Source: Thermoproteota archaeon (GTDB lineage: Archaea > Korarchaeota > Korarchaeia > Korarchaeales > Korarchaeaceae). From it: 32,067 nt of DNA. The notes beneath the pieces are model-generated. The model worked only from the letters and a program-made list of their open reading frames with translations, was not told where the DNA came from and made no database searches. The DNA lies in contig JAVCBY010000056.1 of the NCBI GenBank assembly GCA_037917625.1, forward strand, positions 1 through 32,067. The letters are read 5' to 3'. The position numbers were made by a program, and so were the translations under genes. This document shows positions 26,000-32,067 of the stretch, piece after piece (position 1 is the first letter of the stretch; each line of letters starts with the position of its first letter).

Positions 26000-26707
26000 A
26001 TGAGGATACTTGGACTCTCCGATGTACATGCCCCGATATTCCTAAGAGAGCTGAAGGATGCTGCGAGTGAATTTGAGGAAGCTGATCTCATTCTACTAGC
26101 GGGAGATATAATTGATAGAGGGAAGGTAGAGTACTACGGCGAAGTCGTCGATACTTTATCTAGCACAGGGGCTAAGATCGTAGCGGTCTTCGGGAACGAT
26201 GAATTCGACGATCTCAAGGGGACTTTGAGGAGCGATAATCCGGAAGTTCTATTTCTTGACGATGAGAGCGTTATTTTAGAGATTGAGGGGGTTAGCATCG
26301 GTATAGTGGGATCGAGGGGGAGCCTTGAGCTCCCAACGACTTGGCAAAGGAGGAAGATACCAAAGATAGAGGAGATATATAAGGATAGAGTTAGAATACT
26401 GGGCGAGATGCTTAAGGAACTGAGAGATAAGGTGAATATCTCCATTTTACTAACTCATTACGCCACAACGACAAGGACTCTGAGGGGCGAGAGTCCAAGA
26501 GCGTGGGGGTATTTGGGTCATAGGGGCTTCGAAGCTTACATGGACGAGGGGCTTATCGATATATCTGTCCACGGCCATTCGCACAATGGAACAAAATTTG
26601 CAGTTGTCGGGAAGGCTTCTGTATATAACGTGGCATTCCCCCTCTGGAGGAGAATAGTGGATATAGCCCCAAAGGGGGAAATCATCTTGGAGAGGTACTT
26701 CGAGTAG
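26000..26707 (+). CDS. Calcineurin-like metallophosphoesterase (Icc-like)
   Basis: Motifs SDVH, AGD, GNDE, THY, HGHSH. Confidence 0.88.
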   Translation: MRILGLSDVHAPIFLRELKDAASEFEEADLILLAGDIIDRGKVEYYGEVVDTLSSTGAKIVAVFGNDEFDDLKGTLRSDNPEVLFLDDESVILEIEGVSIGIVGSRGSLELPTTWQRRKIPKIEEIYKDRVRILGEMLKELRDKVNISILLTHYATTTRTLRGESPRAWGYLGHRGFEAYMDEGLIDISVHGHSHNGTKFAVVGKASVYNVAFPLWRRIVDIAPKGEIILERYFE

Positions 26708-26715
26708 GTGATCGG

Positions 26716-27048
26716 ATGCTCAGGGTAGTTATGACCACTGTCGAGAGCTTGAAACAGGCTGAGGAGCTCTCAGATAAGATATTGAAGCGGAAACTCGCCA
26801 GCTGTGTCTCAATGTTCCCCATAACTAGTAAGTACTGGTGGAAAGGGGATATCGAGAGGGCCGAGGAGATACTCCTCCTAATAAAGACTCATCAGGAACG
26901 TGTTCAGGAGCTCCTCGATTTTTTAAGGAAGGAGCATCCATATGAAGTACCGGAGATTCTCGTGATACCAATAGAGATCTCTGGTGAAGATTATCTGAGG
27001 TGGGTGGAGGATGTTACGATACGCGAGGCAGCTCCCTCTGATAGGTGA
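26716..27048 (+). CDS. cutA: Divalent-cation tolerance protein CutA
   Basis: Motifs LASCV, SKYWWKG, HPYEVPEI, YLRWV. AGGTGA SD. Confidence 0.95.
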   Translation: MLRVVMTTVESLKQAEELSDKILKRKLASCVSMFPITSKYWWKGDIERAEEILLLIKTHQERVQELLDFLRKEHPYEVPEILVIPIEISGEDYLRWVEDVTIREAAPSDR

Positions 27049-27712
27049 GGAAGGGCAAGCGAAGCTGAGTAGCTCCCTCGTCGCCATAGTTGGAGCTGGG
27101 GGCATAGGATCGCCCCTATCCCTCTACTTAGCCTCCGCGGGCGTCAATCTAAGGATAATAGATGGGGATTCAGTGAGCCTCGATAATTTACACAGACAAG
27201 TACTTTATGGGGAGGAAGATTTAGGGCTCCCGAAGGCCCTCGTCGCCGAGAGGGAACTGAGGAGGAGGAACTCTGAGATACATGTGGAGGGGATAACTGA
27301 GAGGTTGACTGAGGAGAACGCCCCCAGGCTCCTAGGTGGCGTAGACCTCGTCATGGATGCCTCGGATAATTTCAGAACTAGGTATATAATAAACGATTTC
27401 TGCATTGAAAATGATATACCATTCGTTTATTCCGCTATCAACGGCTTCAATTTCGCGATCTCTTTCATAATCCCCGGGAAGACCGCATGCCTCAGGTGCA
27501 TCTTCCCTAACGTTGAGGACTCAGGTCCCGTCCCAGTCATCGGGATGACGCCCGCTTTAGTAGCTTCAATAGCCGCTGCGGAAGCGGTAAAATATATTGC
27601 GGGGTTAGGACCTTCCCTCGCGGGAAAGCTCCTATTAGGTGACCTAAGAGATATGGAATTTACCCATATTAGCGTAAGTAAAAGTAAAAATTGTCCTGTT
27701 TGCCCTAAATAA
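27011..27712 (+). CDS. ThiF/MoeB/UbaA E1-like adenylyltransferase
   Basis: Motifs RYARQ, GAGGIG, DGDSVSLDNLHRQ, DNFRTR; Zn site CLRC...CPVC. Confidence 0.92.
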   Translation: MLRYARQLPLIGEEGQAKLSSSLVAIVGAGGIGSPLSLYLASAGVNLRIIDGDSVSLDNLHRQVLYGEEDLGLPKALVAERELRRRNSEIHVEGITERLTEENAPRLLGGVDLVMDASDNFRTRYIINDFCIENDIPFVYSAINGFNFAISFIIPGKTACLRCIFPNVEDSGPVPVIGMTPALVASIAAAEAVKYIAGLGPSLAGKLLLGDLRDMEFTHISVSKSKNCPVCPK

Positions 27713-29239
27713 TTATATTTCATGTATACTTAGATCGCTATTAAGGAATTTTCTTATCTTCATTGAGAGGTCTTCCCTCCTCACTCTAACTTGCATCATC
27801 GTATCCCTATCCCTCAAAGTGACTGTATCATCCTCCAACGTCTGATAATCGATGGTAACGCATAGAGGAGTTCCTATCTCATCCATCCTCCTATACCTCC
27901 TTCCAATGGTTCCAGAGTCATCATAAAATGCGATTATACCTTCATTTATGAGATCGCGATAGATCTCCCTCGCTCTCTCCGGTAACCCATCCCTCTTGAG
28001 GAGCGGGAATACCCCTACCTCTATAGGGGCTATGTTCCTGGGGAGCTGAAGCCATACCCTATCTCCATCCTCCCTATATGCGAGCATCAGCTCATGGAGA
28101 ATAACTCTATCTATGCCTATAGATGGCTCATACATGTGAGGTAGGACCTTCCTATCGCTTTCTGGGATCGTTATCCTCAGGTCAATTCCTGAGACTCGCA
28201 TATGTCCAGAGAGGTCATAGTCGGTCCTATAAGCATTATTTACGAGCTCGATCCATCCTAGATCCTCAGTATAAGCCTCCAAATCCCAGTGGACGTGCGA
28301 GTAATGGGCTTTCTCACCTTCCACCAATTCCCTGTATCTCAACCTCTCGAGAGGGAAGCCCAGAGTCTCATTGAAGAACCTCTGATAGACGACTAGCCAG
28401 TAAGTTATGAGACTATTAACTGTGTATCCACTCATTAGGGCTTCTCTAGCTGGTATCTCCACTATCCTTCCGGATTCCCTGTCCTCCCTCCTGAGGAACC
28501 TGAGCTTATAATCCAAGAAGGGTTCGAGTCTCTCCCTGTATAGCTCATCTGGATTCTCCGGATCGAAGAATATCTGTACCTCAAGCTGTTGAAACTCTCT
28601 CATTCTGATAAGCGCTCTCCTAGGGGAGATCTCATTCCTGAAAACTCTTCCAACTTGACCTAGAGCGAAGGGGAGCTTCCCCCTCATGACTGTGAATGTC
28701 TTCCTGAATTCGACAACGCTACCCTGCGTTGTCTCAGGTCTAAGAGCAGCATTGGGCTTCGAGGCCTCAGCCCCTACAGCGAGTTTGAACATCAGATTGA
28801 AGTTTCTCAGATCACCCCACTCAAACGCCCCACAGTTAGGGCACCTAAGGCTATTTTCTAGGACTATTTTCAAGAGTTGATCGTCAGAAAGACCTTCAAG
28901 ATTCTCTTCTATTCCTAAAGCTTCTTCTAATAGCTTGTCGATTCTGAATTTCGAGTGACACCTCCTGCATTCTATGAGCTTATCGAAGAAGTGCTCTAAG
29001 TGGCCTGACGCCTCAAAAACCTCTATTGGAAGTACGTTTGGCGTCTCGATCTCATTAACTCCCTCCTTGATTAATATCTCCTTCCTCCAGAGCACTATTA
29101 TCTTCTCCTTCATCCTGACGCCTAGAGGACCATACGTGTAGAAACCAGCTGGGGCGTTTGAATATACCTCCTTTGAGGATGGCCAGAAGAAGCCCCTCCT
29201 ACTGGATAACTCTATGACCTTATCGTACACCCCCTTCAC
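27713..29239 (-). CDS. glyS: Glycine--tRNA ligase (alpha2 type)
   Basis: Motifs RRGFFW, SGH, LRPETTQG, FRNEISPR, RMREFQQ, EPSIGIDR, IGRRYRRMDEIGTP. Confidence 0.96.
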   Translation of the reverse strand: MKGVYDKVIELSSRRGFFWPSSKEVYSNAPAGFYTYGPLGVRMKEKIIVLWRKEILIKEGVNEIETPNVLPIEVFEASGHLEHFFDKLIECRRCHSKFRIDKLLEEALGIEENLEGLSDDQLLKIVLENSLRCPNCGAFEWGDLRNFNLMFKLAVGAEASKPNAALRPETTQGSVVEFRKTFTVMRGKLPFALGQVGRVFRNEISPRRALIRMREFQQLEVQIFFDPENPDELYRERLEPFLDYKLRFLRREDRESGRIVEIPAREALMSGYTVNSLITYWLVVYQRFFNETLGFPLERLRYRELVEGEKAHYSHVHWDLEAYTEDLGWIELVNNAYRTDYDLSGHMRVSGIDLRITIPESDRKVLPHMYEPSIGIDRVILHELMLAYREDGDRVWLQLPRNIAPIEVGVFPLLKRDGLPERAREIYRDLINEGIIAFYDDSGTIGRRYRRMDEIGTPLCVTIDYQTLEDDTVTLRDRDTMMQVRVRREDLSMKIRKFLNSDLSIHEI

Positions 29240-29795
29240 TCTCGATCACCCACTTAACTATGTCCTCCGGTATCTTGGCCTTCTTGATGAGCTCAAATAT
29301 GAAATTTTCACCTTTATCTTGGAATTTCCTCAAAAAGTATTTAACTGTTTCTGCATATTCCCAGAAATAGACCACCCAGGCCTCCGTCTCCTCGGAATAA
29401 TAATCCGGCTTAAGCTTGCTCCAGGGTTTGTAATGCATCGTAGCTATCTTGACCTCAGAAGCGCCTCTCTCAAGCAGATGGTCCCTAGCTACGATGAGGC
29501 TCTCCCCCGTATCAGCTACATCATCGACAAGCAGTACTTTCATACCATCCAGCCTGCAGTTTATCGGTTCAACTATCTCAGCCACCCTCTTAGATTCTAA
29601 AGCATCGTAGTGAACGACTCTCATCACCTTTATCTCCCTGATACCGAGGAGGTCGCTTAGCAACCTAGCCAGTACGACCCCTCCCCTCAATATTGCTACT
29701 ATCAATTCCGGTTCGTACTCGGACTCTACTATTTTCTCAGCTATTCTCTTCGCATGGAGTAGGGCATCTCCGGGGCTCACATTTATGAAATTCAT
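29220..29795 (-). CDS. Purine (hypoxanthine/xanthine/guanine) phosphoribosyltransferase-like
   Basis: Motifs ILRGG, LVDDVADTGESL, KPDYY, WVVYFWE. ATG 29795 follows GGAGG. Confidence 0.88.
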   Translation of the reverse strand: MNFINVSPGDALLHAKRIAEKIVESEYEPELIVAILRGGVVLARLLSDLLGIREIKVMRVVHYDALESKRVAEIVEPINCRLDGMKVLLVDDVADTGESLIVARDHLLERGASEVKIATMHYKPWSKLKPDYYSEETEAWVVYFWEYAETVKYFLRKFQDKGENFIFELIKKAKIPEDIVKWVIESEGGVR

Positions 29796-29797
29796 CT

Positions 29798-30088
29798 TCA
29801 AACCTCCGGGCATGTGCACGGGATCTTCCCACACTTCGGACAGCCCCCACCATACCTACTAGCGAACGCATCCTCCAGATCAATTGAGAGAAGTTCTGAG
29901 ACACTCAGGAGCCAGGCCAACACATCTGCTAGCTCATCCTTAGTATTATCTGATTGATTGCTCCTTATAGCTCTAAAAAGCTCTCCAACTTCCTCTCCTA
30001 AATGGAGAGCAGTTCCTAGTATTCCTCTCTTCGAATCTCTCTCTCCATAGATCTCCCTGATTAGTCCCTGGGCTTCTTTTATCCTCAT
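29798..30088 (-). CDS. MazG-like nucleotide pyrophosphohydrolase
   Basis: Motifs EEVGEL, DELADVLAW; C-terminal CPKC...CTC. Confidence 0.9.
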   Translation of the reverse strand: MRIKEAQGLIREIYGERDSKRGILGTALHLGEEVGELFRAIRSNQSDNTKDELADVLAWLLSVSELLSIDLEDAFASRYGGGCPKCGKIPCTCPEV

Positions 30089-30101
30089 CCCTCATTACCT
30101 T

Positions 30102-30266
30102 TTAAATTAGATTTAGAGCTATTACGGCAATTCCAGTGGCTACTGATAGGAGAATGGGGAACCACTTCGGTACTTTGAATCCTCCAGCCTCATCCGTACT
30201 GAATGAGAGTATTCCAGCTACTGACATCGGCATGAACCCCTTCTCCCTCTTCTTCACCTTAGGCAT
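30102..30266 (-). CDS. secG: Preprotein translocase subunit Sec61beta/SecG (54 aa)
   Basis: MPKVKK...PMSVAGILSF...KVP plus a single C-terminal TM helix. The true start lies inside the listed 99-aa ORF. Confidence 0.8.
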   Translation of the reverse strand: MPKVKKREKGFMPMSVAGILSFSTDEAGGFKVPKWFPILLSVATGIAVIALNLI

Positions 30267-30327
30267 GATGACCCCCGAGGCTATGCCCTCGATAAAAATA
30301 AATTCTTCCAATCGTGAGCTCGATGTG

Positions 30328-31242
30328 ATGAGGTTCAGATACGGCAATGGCATCGAAATAGAGTGCGGAGAAAGGATACTGATAGATCCAAAGAGGGCCA
30401 TTGAGGGGATTCCAGCTCTGATATCACATGCTCATTCAGATCATGTCCCTAGGAACGTAGGTTATGTTAAAACTGATATTTACGCTAGCGTTGGAACGGC
30501 CTCGATACTGAGAAGGCTCTACGGAGGGCATTATAGGATACTGTATTTCAATGAAGGCATTAGTATAGGGAATCTTGAAATATACACATTCCCTGCGGGC
30601 CATATATACGGATCCTCTGGCTTCCTGATAAACTGTGGGAACATCTCTCTGTTTTACACGGGGGACGTGAACCTCCACGGCGGCCTCACGGTTGAATCCC
30701 CCGCGAGGATACCTAAAGCGGATGTATTGATAATAGAGGCCACTTACGGCCTTCCTAAATTTAGATTTCCAGACCCAGAAGTTACGAGAGCCAGATTATC
30801 AAAATGGGTCATTAAAGAGGTAATGAACGGCAGATCTCCTATTTTAAGCGCTTATTTAATTGGGAAATCTCAGGAAGTTATCGCTATATTGAATAGATAT
30901 ACTAACTTAGAGGTATCTGTATCCAAGAGGATTGCTGATGTGAGCGAGGCCTACGATGTTTTAGAACTGAAATATGAAGTAGATACTCATAAAGACGTAC
31001 ATATAACGCATAAAGCTTATGATAACGCTGCAAGAGTAACAGGATGGGCTATCCTCTCTAAAAGGGAATGCGATTTTCCATTAAGCGCTCACGCTGATTT
31101 TTATGATTTATTGACCATTGTAGAGCTCTCAAACTCAAGTAAAGTATACACTGTATATGGTTACGCGGAGGGATTCGCTAAGATCCTTAAAAAAATGGGT
31201 GTTGAGGCTTCCGCATTGAGCAACACTTGGGTGGAGTTATGA
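30328..31242 (+). CDS. Metallo-beta-lactamase / beta-CASP nuclease
   Basis: Motifs SHAHSDH, AGHIYGS, YTGD, IEATYG, AYLIGKSQE, SAHAD. Start moved to ATG 30328 (avoids overlap with secG; AT-rich TATA at 30293-30303). Confidence 0.88.
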   Translation: MRFRYGNGIEIECGERILIDPKRAIEGIPALISHAHSDHVPRNVGYVKTDIYASVGTASILRRLYGGHYRILYFNEGISIGNLEIYTFPAGHIYGSSGFLINCGNISLFYTGDVNLHGGLTVESPARIPKADVLIIEATYGLPKFRFPDPEVTRARLSKWVIKEVMNGRSPILSAYLIGKSQEVIAILNRYTNLEVSVSKRIADVSEAYDVLELKYEVDTHKDVHITHKAYDNAARVTGWAILSKRECDFPLSAHADFYDLLTIVELSNSSKVYTVYGYAEGFAKILKKMGVEASALSNTWVEL

Positions 31243-31734
31243 GCCCTTCTTAGTTATCCCCGGTATCTCGGATGGTACTATCGATGGTCTCTCCTTCGTA
31301 GTATCTAAGATAAGAGATGTGTTCGTATCCCTGACGCCAGGTATCAACTGTATCTTCCTCAGGACATCATTGAGCTCCTGCTGACTTCCCGCGATCACTT
31401 TGACGATTATATCAAATTGTCCTGTTATCTCATGGACCTCTAAGATGTTATCCTCGAGCATAGATGCTATCTTCTTGGCTACTTCATTATGCTTCCCTGG
31501 CTCAACCTCGAGTAAGATTATATATTTACTGCCCTTACCTAGCTTCGCGTGGTCGACGAGCGCTGTGTATCCCTTTATGATACCGAGGTCCTCGAGCTTC
31601 CTCACCTTCTTCATAACACCCGCCGGGCTCATGCCGAGATCTCTAGATATCTGAGTGAAAGTTACTCTCCCGTTTTCGACCAGTTTCCTCAGTATCTCTA
31701 TCTCCTTAGCAGTTACACCCTTCACCCTCGGCAT
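31237..31734 (-). CDS. Lrp/AsnC-family transcriptional regulator
   Basis: HTH (ISRDLGMSPAGVMKKVRKL...GIIKGY) plus RAM domain (EITGQFD). GGAGGTG SD. Confidence 0.93.
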   Translation of the reverse strand: MPRVKGVTAKEIEILRKLVENGRVTFTQISRDLGMSPAGVMKKVRKLEDLGIIKGYTALVDHAKLGKGSKYIILLEVEPGKHNEVAKKIASMLEDNILEVHEITGQFDIIVKVIAGSQQELNDVLRKIQLIPGVRDTNTSLILDTTKERPSIVPSEIPGITKKGS

Positions 31735-31837
31735 AAACTAACACCTCCCAACATTCCCATGGAGCACGTGACTCCATCCACATCGACCGGTATTCGAATA
31801 AAAAGTTTTTTATCAACGTGTGAGTGGTGTTACAGAA

Positions 31838-31966
31838 GTGAGTAATAATTCAGCTATAGATGTAGCCAAAAGAAGGAGTAAAGATCTTTTCTCGCTCCCC
31901 GGGAAAAGAGAGGCCATATTATTTATCATAGCGATTATTTTGATCTCCATTCGTCATGATGAATGA
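31838..31966 (+). pseudogene. 5' part of a membrane-protein gene (possibly DUF2070-like), broken by a fold-back junction near 31943
   Basis: GTG lies about 25 nt after TTTTTTAT and reads MSNNSAIDVAKRRSKDLFSLPGKREAILFIIAIIL. The logical continuation (LSTFLAYLFKGPLL...) is on the opposite strand at 32050-31950. Confidence 0.55.
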
Positions 31967-32067
31967 TAGAAGGGGAACAATAGTGGATAAAATTAGGTAT
32001 TTATGTGATAGCAGTGGTCCCTTAAATAAGTATGCGAGAAATGTGGAGAGCAAAATAATCGCTATGA
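31926..32067. repeat. Inverted repeat running to the window end
   Basis: TCATAGCGATTATTTTG (31926-31942) is the exact reverse complement of 32051-32067. After one mismatch, TCTCCA (31944-31949) pairs with TGGAGA (32044-32049). Confidence 0.92.

Noticed and set aside
572..31845. Numerous 60-180 aa antisense or overlapping ORFs in the track (e.g. 947-1393, 13919-14467, 16596-17093, 22652-23062, 29214-29600)
   Set aside because: They are shadows of well-supported genes on the opposite strand or in another frame. They are Ser/Ile/Leu/Pro-rich, with no motifs or SD.
31956..32067. Plus-strand open frame MMNDRRGTIVDK... running off the end
   Set aside because: It is the antisense shadow of the inverted membrane-protein segment, not a new gene.
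1..32067. CRISPR arrays, tRNA/rRNA genes, IS elements, selenocysteine/pyrrolysine read-through
   Set aside because: No regularly spaced repeats, GC-rich cloverleaf or rRNA segments, transposase or integrase ORFs, or in-frame stops within conserved domains were seen.

Overview
Gene-dense archaeal chromosomal segment. It carries radA, Thg1, two PAC2-family genes, Sec61beta/secG, apgM, an alpha2-type glyS and a porC-D-A-B operon. It shows TATA-box promoters, many apparently leaderless or TTG/GTG starts, and GGTGA/GGAGG Shine-Dalgarno (SD) motifs. Gene content and AGG/ATA-rich codon usage suggest a thermophilic TACK archaeon, most likely Korarchaeia (inference). Most of the ~40 genes are housekeeping (nucleotide salvage, tRNA modification/repair, redox, proteostasis). 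I found no rRNA, tRNA, CRISPR array, transposase or integrase. Most notable: (1) a tRNA-thiolation-like operon in which the ThiS/TtuB-like protein lacks the C-terminal Gly-Gly and an unannotated 59-aa Cys/His ORF is coupled to TtuA/NcsA; (2) an orphan LysW-like Zn-ribbon protein with a repeated acidic/Trp tail instead of EDWGE; (3) a catalytically degenerate DHH/RecJ-like (Cdc45-like) protein; (4) probable non-canonical starts (CTG for porC, possibly ATC for radA); (5) three tandem hairpins in the only long intergenic region; (6) a fold-back inverted duplication at the right end that breaks a membrane-protein gene and is probably a chimera artefact. All calls come from motif recognition by eye; no database searches were run.
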